Source of the DNA: a virus
Taxonomy: Duplodnaviria > Caudoviricetes
Virus record (IMG/VR): IMGVR_UViG_3300030330_001640
Coordinates: 3,123 to 67,122 of that record
DNA: 64,000 bases
Direction: 5' to 3' (one strand)
Shown here: positions 15,675 through 26,400 of the stretch, piece after piece
Layout of the letters: each line of letters opens with the position of its first letter
Position numbering within the stretch: the stretch's first letter is position 1
The notes under the pieces: model-generated
Seen by the model: only the letters and a program-made list of their open reading frames with translations
Told to the model about the DNA's origin: nothing
Databases searched by the model: none
Translations under genes and position numbers: made by a program

Positions 15675-18064
15675 GACTAGAACACTCTATAAATTTCCCA
15701 TCACAAGCTGTTAGCGACTTAGAAAAGTTAAGCGAGGAATATGGTTTAAAAGTAGCAAGAGCAATAAGACATGAATGGTTTTCAGGCACGACATCAAAGT
15801 ATTATAGTCACAAAAATAATTTTCATACACTAAGGCTATATGCTAGAGGAGAGCAACCTATACAAAAATATAAAAATGAATTATCCATAAATGGTGATTT
15901 ATCTTATTTAAACTTAGACTGGAAACCTGTTCCTATAATACCTAAGTTTGTAGATATCGTTGTAAATGGTATGGCACAAAGAAACTATGAGATAAATTGT
16001 TTTTCTCAAGATAAATACGGAGTTACTAAACGTACGGAGTATATGGAGTCATTATTAACAGACATGCGAGCTAAGAATTTTGACAAAATAGCTAGGGAAC
16101 AATTTGAAGTAGAACTAACTGAGAACGATCCTGATGTTATACCAGATACTGAAGAAGAATTAGCGCTACACATGCAACTTAATTACAAACAAGCTGTTGA
16201 GCTAGCTGAAGAACAAGCTATAAACACTTTAATGGAAAATAGCGATTATGAGTTAATAAGAAGAAGATGTTTATATGATTTAACTGTATTAGGTATAGCT
16301 GCAACAAAGACTACGTTTGATTTTAGTAGTGGAGCACAAGCTGAATATGTTGATCCAGCTAACTTGGTTTACTCTTATACTGAATCACCTTATTTTGAAG
16401 ATATATATTATATAGGTGAAGTAAAAGATCTACCAATAAATGAATTAGTAAAAGAATTTCCTGAGTTAACAGAGAAAGAAATAAAAGAATTACTTGACAA
16501 ACGATATAATGCATATAATTACAATAAGCACGATGATAAAAACAAAGTGCAAGTAATTTACTTTAACTATAAAACTCATATGAATAATGTTTATAAGTTA
16601 AAAACTACTGGTAGCGGAGGTGATAAAGTTATAGAAAAAGATGACACATTTAATCCACCAGCTAATAAAGAAGGTGAGTTTCAAAAATTAGAAAGGGTAG
16701 TAGAATCTTTATATGAAGGCGTTTATTTAGTAGGTGCTGATAAAATATTAAGATGGAAAATGTGTGATAACATGATGAGAACTGATTCTGATTTTAGTAG
16801 AGTTAAAATGAATTATCAAGTTGTAGCGCCTAGAATGTATGAAGGTAGAATTGAATCATTAGTAGGTAGAGTAACTAGTTTTGCTGATATGATTCAGTTA
16901 ACTCATTTAAAGTTACAACAAGTAATGGCACGTATGGTACCAGATGGTGTATATCTTGATGTTGACGGTTTAGCTGAAGTTGATTTAGGTAATGGCACTA
17001 ACTATAATCCACAAGAGGCTTTAAATATGTTTTTTCAAACAGGTAGTATAGTTGGTAGAAGTTTCACAGGCGATGGAGATGGTAATCCTGGTAAAGTACC
17101 TATACAGCAAATAAACAACGGAGTTAATAGTGGTAAGATACAAAGTTTAATAACTACTTACAACTATTATCTTCAAATGATTAGAGATACAACCGGGCTA
17201 AATGAAGCTAGAGATGCTAGTACTCCAGATAGAAACGCTTTAGTTGGTGTACAAAAAATTGCAGCCGCTAACTCTAATACAGCTACTAGACACATACTTC
17301 AATCAATGTTATATATAACAGCTGAAGTCGCGGAATGTCTATCGCTACGTATAGCAGACATAATAGAATATTCCCCAACTAAAGATGCCTTCATAAGAGC
17401 ATTAGGTGCTCATAATGTTGCTACGTTGAAAGAAATGTCCGAGTTACATCTATATGATTTTGGTATATTTATAGAGTTATTACCTGATGAAGAAGAAAAA
17501 GCTTTACTAGAAAACAATATACAGATGTCACTACAACAAGGTAGTATTGATTTAGATGACGCTATAGATTTACGTAACATAAGAAACGTAAAATTAGCTA
17601 ATCAAATGCTGAAAGTTAAAAGAAAGAAAAAGCAAAAGAGAGATCAACAAATGCAACAACAAAATATACAAGCGCAGTCTCAAGCAAATCAACAAGCTCA
17701 ACAAGCTGCTGCTCAAGCTGAAATGCAAAAGAATCAACAAAAAATGCAAATAGATGCCCAAATGGAGCAGTCAAGAAATCAAATGAAAATAGCTTACTTA
17801 AAACAAGAAGTGGCTGCTAAAAAAGAATTAATGCAATTTGAGTTTAATTTAAATTCTCAATTAGAAGGTATGAAAACTCAAAACAATAGATCTATGGAAA
17901 TGATGAGAGAAGATAGAAGAGATCAAAGAATAGATCAGCAAGCTGATAGACAAATGCAAATGATAGACAAAAGAAAACAGGGTGATTCCACTAAAAGTTT
18001 TGAATCATCAGGTAATGATATACTTACGGGAAGCGCCAATATGGAAAAGTTTACCCGTGAATAA
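15671..18064 (+). CDS. portal protein
   Basis: 797 aa after TerL; LDWKPVPIIPKF, Gln-rich coiled-coil C-terminus typical of podoviral portals. Confidence 0.88.
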   Translation: MRLEHSINFPSQAVSDLEKLSEEYGLKVARAIRHEWFSGTTSKYYSHKNNFHTLRLYARGEQPIQKYKNELSINGDLSYLNLDWKPVPIIPKFVDIVVNGMAQRNYEINCFSQDKYGVTKRTEYMESLLTDMRAKNFDKIAREQFEVELTENDPDVIPDTEEELALHMQLNYKQAVELAEEQAINTLMENSDYELIRRRCLYDLTVLGIAATKTTFDFSSGAQAEYVDPANLVYSYTESPYFEDIYYIGEVKDLPINELVKEFPELTEKEIKELLDKRYNAYNYNKHDDKNKVQVIYFNYKTHMNNVYKLKTTGSGGDKVIEKDDTFNPPANKEGEFQKLERVVESLYEGVYLVGADKILRWKMCDNMMRTDSDFSRVKMNYQVVAPRMYEGRIESLVGRVTSFADMIQLTHLKLQQVMARMVPDGVYLDVDGLAEVDLGNGTNYNPQEALNMFFQTGSIVGRSFTGDGDGNPGKVPIQQINNGVNSGKIQSLITTYNYYLQMIRDTTGLNEARDASTPDRNALVGVQKIAAANSNTATRHILQSMLYITAEVAECLSLRIADIIEYSPTKDAFIRALGAHNVATLKEMSELHLYDFGIFIELLPDEEEKALLENNIQMSLQQGSIDLDDAIDLRNIRNVKLANQMLKVKRKKKQKRDQQMQQQNIQAQSQANQQAQQAAAQAEMQKNQQKMQIDAQMEQSRNQMKIAYLKQEVAAKKELMQFEFNLNSQLEGMKTQNNRSMEMMREDRRDQRIDQQADRQMQMIDKRKQGDSTKSFESSGNDILTGSANMEKFTRE

Positions 18065-18090
18065 CATTTAATATTTTATAAAATTTTATT

Positions 18091-19272
18091 ATGATAGAAC
18101 TAAACGAAGAAGTTACTGAAGAAGTAACTGACTCTGTTGAAGAAACAACAGACGAAAATCAAGAGCAACCAATTGAAGAGGTTGTAGAAGAAACAATAGA
18201 TGAATCTAAATTCGATAGCGCTGATAATCCAGATGTTATTAAAATAGATTTAGATAAAGCTCCTCAAGTAAAACAAGAGGATAATATAACAAAAGTAAAC
18301 ATAGACGAAAAATCTACTGAAGAAACAGTTGAAACTGAGCAACCAGTAATGGAAGAAGTTACAGAACAGGAAACTCAAGAAGTACAAGAAGTTGTCGAAG
18401 AGGCGATAGCTGAATCAGAAACAACTGGAAAACCTTTACCAGAAGGGGTACAAAAGCTAGTGGAGTTTATGAACGAAACTGGTGGTGATTTAAACGACTA
18501 TGTAAAATTAAACAGGGACGTTAAAGAAATGGACGACTCTGATGTATTAGATGAGTACTATAGAAGTACTAAATCTCACTTAACGCCAGAAGAAAGAAGT
18601 TTTCTTTTAGAAGATAACTTTGGTTATGATGATAGCGTTGATGATGAAAAACAAATACGTAAAAAGAAAATAGCCCTTAAAGAGCAAGTTGCTGAGGCTA
18701 GAGCCTACTTAGACGGGCAGAAGTCTAAATACTATGAAGAAATTAAAGCTGGTTCAAAGTTGACCGATGAACAACAAGAAGCTATTAATTTTTATCATAA
18801 ATACAATAAAGATTCTGAAAATCAGAAGAAACTTACTGAAAAAAGTAATAGAACATTTTTAAATAAAACTGACAGTTTCTTTGGACAAAATTTCAAAGGT
18901 TTTGAATATAATGTTGGAGATAAAAAATATAGGTTTAATGTTAAAGATGTAGATAAAGTAAAGAAAACTCAAAGCGATCTTAATAATTTTGTCAACAAGT
19001 TTGTTGGCGATGATAGTACAACCATTGAAGATGCTGAGGGTTATCACAAGTCTTTATATACCGCTATGAACGCTGATAGCATTGCTAAACATTTTTACGA
19101 GCAAGGTAAAGCTGATGCAATTAAGGAAAGGATAGCTAAAGATAAAAATATAAATCTTAATCCTAGACAAACGCATGGCGAGGTTAACGTAGGTGGTATT
19201 AAAGTAAGAGCTTTAGGTGAATCTTCTTCTGATATGAAAAACAGATCTTTTAAAATTAGAAAGAAAAATTAA
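18091..19272 (+). CDS. capsid scaffolding protein
   Basis: very acidic N-terminal half, helical C-terminus; between portal and capsid genes. Confidence 0.75.
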   Translation: MIELNEEVTEEVTDSVEETTDENQEQPIEEVVEETIDESKFDSADNPDVIKIDLDKAPQVKQEDNITKVNIDEKSTEETVETEQPVMEEVTEQETQEVQEVVEEAIAESETTGKPLPEGVQKLVEFMNETGGDLNDYVKLNRDVKEMDDSDVLDEYYRSTKSHLTPEERSFLLEDNFGYDDSVDDEKQIRKKKIALKEQVAEARAYLDGQKSKYYEEIKAGSKLTDEQQEAINFYHKYNKDSENQKKLTEKSNRTFLNKTDSFFGQNFKGFEYNVGDKKYRFNVKDVDKVKKTQSDLNNFVNKFVGDDSTTIEDAEGYHKSLYTAMNADSIAKHFYEQGKADAIKERIAKDKNINLNPRQTHGEVNVGGIKVRALGESSSDMKNRSFKIRKKN

Positions 19273-19290
19273 CTTAAAAAATTATAAATT

Positions 19291-20799
19291 ATGGCAATTA
19301 CAGGTGGACCTAGTTTGAATAGTGTTCCTGCTCCTCAGCAAGTAGCATTATCAACAAACTACATCGATTTTACAAGTGGCACAAATGATTGGTCACAACA
19401 ATACCTGCCTGACTTAATGGAAAAAGAAGCTGAAGTTTTCGGACCGAGAACTATTTCTGGTTTCTTATCTAAAGTTGGAGCGGAAGAGGCTATGCAATCT
19501 GATCAGGTTGTTTGGTCTGAACAAGGAAGATTACACTTATCATATACTGGTAAAGTTGCTACGGCAGGTGGTGTTAACGTTAACTCTATTGGCGCTGCTT
19601 CTCAAATAACTTTACAGAAAAATATTGATGGTGTAACTATTACATCTGGTGGCTCAACAGCTAATCACGGTGTTAGAGTTAATGATACTATTATAGTAGC
19701 TGACTCTGTTAACGGCGTTGTTAAATGTTTAGTTATAAAAGTAAATGATAACGTTATTGACGTTTCTCCATATACTGTTGATAACTTATCGGATCAAACA
19801 ACTGATAATGCGACAACTATTTTAGTTTATGGTTCTGAATACGCAAAAGGTACTTCTTACTTTTCTAACGCTACGGCGTCTACAAGTGGAAACTCTGCTG
19901 ACTCAAGAACAGCTAACGAACCTGATTTTAAATCATTTTCAAACAAACCAATTATTATGAAAGATTATTACGAAGTATCTGGATCAGACGCTTCTAGAAT
20001 TGGTTGGGTTGAAGTTGCAGCAGAAGCTGGGCAATCAGGTTATTTATGGTACTTAAAAGCTGAAGCTGATACAAGAGCAAGATTTACTGATTACTTAGAA
20101 ATGGCAATGTTAGAAGCTGTTAAAGACGGTACTTCTCATGCTGATGAGGTTTTTATTGCTGGTTCTACTCCAATTGGTAGTCAAGGTTTATTTGACGCTA
20201 TTGAAGATAGAGGTAATATTACTTCTGGTGTTACTGGTGTTAACGCTGCTACTGATTTAGCTGAGTTTGACGCTATCTTAGCTGAGTTTGATAAGCAAGG
20301 TGCTATTGAAGAATACATGATGTTTGTTAACAGAGCTACTAGTTTAGCTATTGACGACATGCTAGCTTCAATGAATTCTTATGGAGCTGGTGGTACTTCT
20401 TACGGAGTATTTGACAACTCAGAAGATATGGCATTAAATTTAGGTTTCTCAGGATTTAGAAGAGGTTCTTATGATTTTTATAAATCTGACTTTAGATACT
20501 TAAATGATCTAGCTACAAGAGGTGGTATTAACGCTGCTGCTGGTGCTAACGCAATTAGAGGTGTTATGATACCTGCAGGTGTTACTACTGTTTATGACCA
20601 ACAAATGGGTAAAAACTTAAAAAGACCTTTCTTGCACGTTAGATATAGAGCTTCTCAAACAGACAATAGAAAAATGAAAACTTGGACTACAGGTTCTGTT
20701 GGGGCTGCTACATCAGCATTAGATGCAATGCAGATTCACTTTTTATCAGAAAGATGTTTAATCACTCAAGGTGCAAACAACTTTATGTTAATGAAGTAA
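19291..20799 (+). CDS. major capsid protein
   Basis: 502 aa after scaffold and followed by a strong terminator; size and position fit HK97-fold MCP. Confidence 0.88.
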   Translation: MAITGGPSLNSVPAPQQVALSTNYIDFTSGTNDWSQQYLPDLMEKEAEVFGPRTISGFLSKVGAEEAMQSDQVVWSEQGRLHLSYTGKVATAGGVNVNSIGAASQITLQKNIDGVTITSGGSTANHGVRVNDTIIVADSVNGVVKCLVIKVNDNVIDVSPYTVDNLSDQTTDNATTILVYGSEYAKGTSYFSNATASTSGNSADSRTANEPDFKSFSNKPIIMKDYYEVSGSDASRIGWVEVAAEAGQSGYLWYLKAEADTRARFTDYLEMAMLEAVKDGTSHADEVFIAGSTPIGSQGLFDAIEDRGNITSGVTGVNAATDLAEFDAILAEFDKQGAIEEYMMFVNRATSLAIDDMLASMNSYGAGGTSYGVFDNSEDMALNLGFSGFRRGSYDFYKSDFRYLNDLATRGGINAAAGANAIRGVMIPAGVTTVYDQQMGKNLKRPFLHVRYRASQTDNRKMKTWTTGSVGAATSALDAMQIHFLSERCLITQGANNFMLMK

Positions 20800-20810
20800 A
20801 ACTATTTATT

Positions 20811-20844
20811 TATAAGGGCGGTCTAGTATCGCCCTTATATTTTT
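20811..20844 (+). terminator. intrinsic terminator
   Basis: TATAAGGGCG/CGCCCTTATA 10-bp stem followed by T run. Confidence 0.85.
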
Positions 20845-20868
20845 ATTAATTATATTATATATTATATT

Positions 20869-21699
20869 ATGGCAAAGAAAAAAGTAACAACTAAGGTTGA
20901 AGAGCCTGTAGTTGAAGAAACAGTGGTTGTTGAACAACCTAAGGTTGAAGCTCCTAAAACAAAAGCTGAACCAAAAGATAATTGGGAGATAAAAGATAGA
21001 GTTTATTATTTAAAAGGAAGAAAAAAACCTTTATCACACTCTATAAGATCCGCTAATTTATTTTGGTTTGATGAAGAAAAAGGATACGAAAGAGAAATAA
21101 AATACTGTCAAAACCAAAGCACTTGTTTTGTTGACGAAATGAAAGGTCAACAAAGATTAGAGCATATAGTTTTTAGAACTGGTAGTTTGTTTGTTCCTAA
21201 AGAAAAGGTTACGTTGCAAAAATTTTTATCTTTGTATCACCCTCATAATGGCCAATTGTTCTATGAATTTAAACCAGTTGAGTTAGCTAAAAGTCAATTA
21301 GATTGGTTAGAGTTTGAAGTTGAGGCACTTAAAATAGCTAAAGATTTAGATATAGATATGGCTGAAGCTATAATGAGAGCTGAGATTGGATCTGAGGTAA
21401 ATAACTTAAGTTCTAAAGAATTAAGAAGAGATTTAATTCTTTTTGCTAGAAAAAATCCTAAGTTATTTATAGAATTAACAACAGATGAAAATGTTCAACT
21501 TAGAAACTTTGGTATTAAAGCTGTTGAGGCTGGTATATTAAGATTATCTAGCGATCAAAGATATTTTATGTGGGGATCAAATGATAGAAAGTTAATGACA
21601 GTACCTTTTGATGAACACCCATATTCAGCTTTAGCTTCATGGTTTAAAACTGATGAAGGTATGGAAATTTATTCTAATATAGAAAAAAGAATGAATTAA
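20869..21699 (+). CDS. conserved hypothetical protein after MCP
   Basis: ORF track; low-complexity N-terminus, helical C-terminus. Confidence 0.75.
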   Translation: MAKKKVTTKVEEPVVEETVVVEQPKVEAPKTKAEPKDNWEIKDRVYYLKGRKKPLSHSIRSANLFWFDEEKGYEREIKYCQNQSTCFVDEMKGQQRLEHIVFRTGSLFVPKEKVTLQKFLSLYHPHNGQLFYEFKPVELAKSQLDWLEFEVEALKIAKDLDIDMAEAIMRAEIGSEVNNLSSKELRRDLILFARKNPKLFIELTTDENVQLRNFGIKAVEAGILRLSSDQRYFMWGSNDRKLMTVPFDEHPYSALASWFKTDEGMEIYSNIEKRMN

Positions 21700-21716
21700 C
21701 AATTTTAAACAATATT

Positions 21717-21746
21717 AATAGCCACTCATTTTGGGTGGCTATTTTT
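21717..21746 (+). terminator. intrinsic terminator
   Basis: AATAGCCACTC/GGGTGGCTATT stem followed by T run. Confidence 0.85.
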
Positions 21747-21753
21747 ATTTAGG

Positions 21754-21782
21754 GGCTAACCTTCCGCTTTATTATGTAACTA
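21754..21782 (+). promoter_or_regulatory. class II promoter-like motif
   Basis: GGCTAAC-N14-TGTAACTA right after the terminator. Confidence 0.55.
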
Positions 21783-21808
21783 TAATATAGTAAAATATAT
21801 TGTAAAAA

Positions 21809-22567
21809 ATGGTAAATATAAATAGTGTATATCAAAAAGTATTAGCTTTAGCAAACAAAGAGCAAAGAGGTTATATAACCCCACAAGAATTTAATCTATA
21901 TTCTGATAAAGCTCAGCTTGAAATATTTAATGATTACTTTCATAAGATTAAAATGACAGAGCGTAAACCTAAAAGTCAAATGGATTATGCTGATGAATTA
22001 GAAATGATAGAAGAAAAGTTACATCCTTTTCATGTAGATGAAACTGTAAATTATGATACTACTAATAATTATTTAACGTTACCTGCTAGTACTCATAAAA
22101 TAATTAGTATAACTAGAAACAGTAATCAAGTAACTCAAGTAAACAAAACTCAAATAGCTTATACTCAAAACCAACCTTTATTAAAAGCTAATAAATCTAG
22201 ATCTGTTTTTGTAAGAGAAGATTCTGGTGTAGTACATATATATCCAGAACCTACACAATCTGATTATAATTTTAACACGGTGGCTAGTTTAAATTTAACA
22301 CCATCAACGTTAAATGATACAGAGCAATTTGAAGTAAGCTATTATAAAAAACCAGCGGCTCCTAACTGGACATACATAGTATTAAATAACAAAGCTATGT
22401 TTAATGCTAACGCTAGTGATTTACAAAACTTTGAGTTACACGGATCAGAAGAAGAACACTTAGTGTATAAAATATTAATGTTAGCAGGATTTACAATGAA
22501 ACAACCTGACATACAACAGTCAGCTGCGGCAGGATTACAAATGACTAAACAAGAACAAAATAGTTAA
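21809..22567 (+). CDS. head-tail adaptor / tail ring protein
   Basis: ANKEQRGYITPQEFN start, YYKKP..P.W motif; position after MCP. Confidence 0.7.
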   Translation: MVNINSVYQKVLALANKEQRGYITPQEFNLYSDKAQLEIFNDYFHKIKMTERKPKSQMDYADELEMIEEKLHPFHVDETVNYDTTNNYLTLPASTHKIISITRNSNQVTQVNKTQIAYTQNQPLLKANKSRSVFVREDSGVVHIYPEPTQSDYNFNTVASLNLTPSTLNDTEQFEVSYYKKPAAPNWTYIVLNNKAMFNANASDLQNFELHGSEEEHLVYKILMLAGFTMKQPDIQQSAAAGLQMTKQEQNS

Positions 22568-22569
22568 TT

Positions 22570-23475
22570 ATGGGATTACTAGACGGAACAACACAAGCTC
22601 AATATTACGCATCAAGTAATAGTGGTAATTATGGTAATTATCAATTTGTTACTTTAGAAAACATAATAAATGCTTTTATGTATGTATATGTTGGAGAGGG
22701 TAAAATAATATCTAAAGCAAATAGAACTGATGTACAGTTTCATGCCATGCGTGCTATACAAGAGTTATCATACGATGTGCTTAAATCTTTTAAATCTCAA
22801 GAGATAGAAGTACCCAACACTTTGTCAATGATATTACCTCAAGATTACGTTAATTACATAAAGCTAGTTAGAATAGGTGAAGATGGTTTAGAAAGACCTT
22901 TGTATCCAGCTAATAGAACTTCAGATCCATTTGCTATATCTCAAGACAGTGATGGTAACTATCAGTTTACAGATACAGATAGTGATGAAGTAACTGATAC
23001 TTTAACAGAGCAAATACCAAGTAATACGTCTACAAATTTTCAAAGTCAATCACCAATAAATTATCAAATGTATGATATAAATTATGCCTCTGATATAGAG
23101 ATATCTGTAGAGGGTAGAAGATATGGTTTAGATCCAAGCCACGCTCAAATGAATGGTAGTTTTTTTATAGATAACTTAAGAGGGTTGATAAAATTTGGAT
23201 CAGCATTAGCTGGCGTAACTGTAACACTTCATTATGTTAGTGATGGTTTAGGTACAGACTCAGAAATGATTGTACATAAGTTTTGTGAAGAAGCTTGTTA
23301 CAAACATATAGCATACGGTATATTATCTACAAAATCTAATATACCAGAATATTTAGTACAAAGATACAAAAAAGAAAGATTTGCTGAAACTAGAAAAGCA
23401 AAAATAAGATTATCAAATATTAAGATAGAAGAATTTACTCAAGTACTTAGAGGTATGGGTAAACAAATTAAGTAA
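22570..23475 (+). CDS. second tail ring / structural protein
   Basis: LPQDYVNYIKL, LHYVSDG motifs; position. Confidence 0.65.
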   Translation: MGLLDGTTQAQYYASSNSGNYGNYQFVTLENIINAFMYVYVGEGKIISKANRTDVQFHAMRAIQELSYDVLKSFKSQEIEVPNTLSMILPQDYVNYIKLVRIGEDGLERPLYPANRTSDPFAISQDSDGNYQFTDTDSDEVTDTLTEQIPSNTSTNFQSQSPINYQMYDINYASDIEISVEGRRYGLDPSHAQMNGSFFIDNLRGLIKFGSALAGVTVTLHYVSDGLGTDSEMIVHKFCEEACYKHIAYGILSTKSNIPEYLVQRYKKERFAETRKAKIRLSNIKIEEFTQVLRGMGKQIK

Positions 23476-23477
23476 TT

Positions 23478-26400
23478 ATGCCGGAAATTAAAAGAACATT
23501 TACAGCCGGTAAAATGAACAAAGATCTCGATGAGAGATTAGTTCGTAACGGTGAATATAGAGACGCTTTAAATATACAAGTTAGAACTACTGATGGCGAA
23601 GGCACTGGCATTGGTGATGCTGGTACTGTTCAAAATATAAAAGGTAATAATAACTTTACACCTGAAATATATAAAACTATAGGTTATAACCAAAGTGTTG
23701 ACGCGGAAGGTGAAAACAACACTAATATAACTAGATTTTTAGGTAGCGTAGCTGATGAAAAAAACGATAAGGCGTATTTTCTTGCGGCCGCTCCTTGGCC
23801 AATAATTACAAACAACGGGCTTGATATACCTATTGTAGACTTTGAATACTTACCACACGATGTTATTACTAACAATCAAATAGCTGACAGCGAATTAGTT
23901 TCTAATGATGAAGACTTTGACCCGCATAATAATGTAGATGATGCTATAACTCAAGGATCGTCTCCAAAAATATGGGTTGATAGTATAATAGAATTAGACG
24001 CGGTTAATGAATCAACTAATCCTATATTTATTGATAAGTATGCTGTAACAGGTAGATGGCACGATTGTATATCCGTTGCTGATGATGCTGTTCAACCACC
24101 TTCACCAGGTTTTACTCAAATAAACGTTATTGATGGCTCTTTATATAGAGTTGGTATGATTATGTATATTCAAAACAATGATGGTGAGCATTTATTATTT
24201 CGTAATGGTGAAAACAACAACGATGGTAATGGTGCAGAAATAGTAGATATACAAGGTAATACTTTAACACTATCTAAACCACAAGTATCTGACTTATATG
24301 ATTTATATCTTAATAGTAGTTTAGATTGGAGTAGTGCGGTTAAGTTTGTAGCAGAAAGAGTTTTAGAGTTTGATTACTGGAAAATTGTAAGTAAAGGTAG
24401 TGTTAAACTAAACTTAATACCTAACGTAAATCTTATAAATGATTTATTATTTTGGACAGACGGAATAAATGAACCTAAAAAAATAAACATTACAAGATCT
24501 AAAAGAGGTACTAGTCTTAGTGGTTATAGCTCAAATCCTATGCACACTAAACTTTTTGTTAGTGATCCTAGTGATCAAACAGCTACTTATCCTGATGATT
24601 TAGTAGACGTAAGAGATTTAGAACCTTCACTTGTAGTAGAAGGTGGTGATGTATTAAAAGAAAATGTAACTGTTATTAGAGAAGCTCCTAAGTCTCCTCC
24701 TAGTTTATATATGAGGAATACTGATAGAACTTCTGAAATAAATTTCGTTGTTTCATATAACTTTACAGATGAAGAGCTAGTACCACCTTTACCAAATGTT
24801 GGTACTTTAAGGACTATAACAGATGACGTATTTTTAGGTATAGATATTAGGATAAATGACGTACTTACTTTTACTAACACTTTTTATGATCAAAACCCAA
24901 TAATTATAAAAGCTGTTGTTACAGAAGTAAATGATAATACTATAACTGTACGAATAATGTTTTTAGATAATGATTACGATCAAGTAACTTTAGAACAGAA
25001 TTTGTGGAATGTATTAATAGAGCAGAAGAAACCTTTGTTTGAAACTAAATTTGGTAGAGTTGCTTACAGATATAAATATGAAGACGGTGAGTATTCTACA
25101 TATTCACCTTGGTCTGAATTAGCTTTTTTACCTGGACCGTTTTCGTATACACCTAGCCAAGGATTTAACAATGGTATGTCTAATAATTTAAGGTATTTAG
25201 TTGTTAAAGATTTTATACCTGATACTTCAATTAGACCACTTGATGTACAAGCTATTGATATACTTTGGAAAACAACTGATGATCAAAATGTTTATATAGT
25301 TAAAACTATAACTAGAGAAATAGATTCAGAGTGGGAGGATTATGTGGATCCAGATTTAATAGAAGGTGAGTTAGAAAATACGGGCGCTTTAGTTATTACT
25401 TCTGAAATGATACATAGAGTATTACCAACTAATCAATTATTTAGAGGTTATGACAATGTACCTAAAACTGCTGTAACACAAGAGATAACAGCTAACAGAC
25501 TTGTTTATGGTAATTATACTCAAGGTTATGATATAAAGAAAGTAGTAGGTTTAAAACAGCTAGTAGTTAGTGATGAAATAAATTTCCCTAGAGCAGAAAA
25601 ATCTGTAAAGTCATTAAGAAGCTACAAGTTCGGTATGGTGTTTGGCGATAGATATGGTAGAGAAACACCTGTTATTGCTAATGGTTATAAAGTAGTAGAA
25701 GGTGAACTAGTATCTGGTGATATTAGTGTTGAAAAAAGTTTAGCTCATTTTAGTAATAAGTTTAACGTTAAACAACAATGGGGATCTAATGGTAATTCTA
25801 GTCCATTAAACTGGATAGACTATGTTAAATATTACGTAAAAGAAACTAGCAATGAATATTATAATTTAGTACTAGACAGATGGTATGATGCGGGTGATGG
25901 TAATATATGGTTAGCTTTCCCTTCAGTTGATAGAAATAAAGTTGACGAACAAACTTATTTAATATTAAAAAATGAACATGGTAATCAAAACCCTGTGGCA
26001 GAAAGAGCTAGATATAAAATATTAGCTATAGCAAATGAAGCTCCTGATTTTGTGAAAACAGATCATAGAACAATGGGTAGGGTTCAAATAGATAGACAAG
26101 GTATATATGACGTAGAACAAGGAACACAAATAACTGATGGTGTTCCTGATGGATTAATTAGCACAAGAAAAATAAGAACTTCTGATGATAATTTTGGAGG
26201 CGTAGATTTATCAGAATCTAATGGACCTGGTATAACAACAACTGATTTTAAAGGCACTATAAAAGTAAGAATAGTTGGTACATACGTCCCAGATGGTGGA
26301 GACGCAAATAATCCTATAGAGGCGTTTAGTCCTTGGAGAACAGCGTCTAGAATTAAAGCAACTGGTTCTAGAAGAGGTTGTGATATTAGAGAGGTTTATT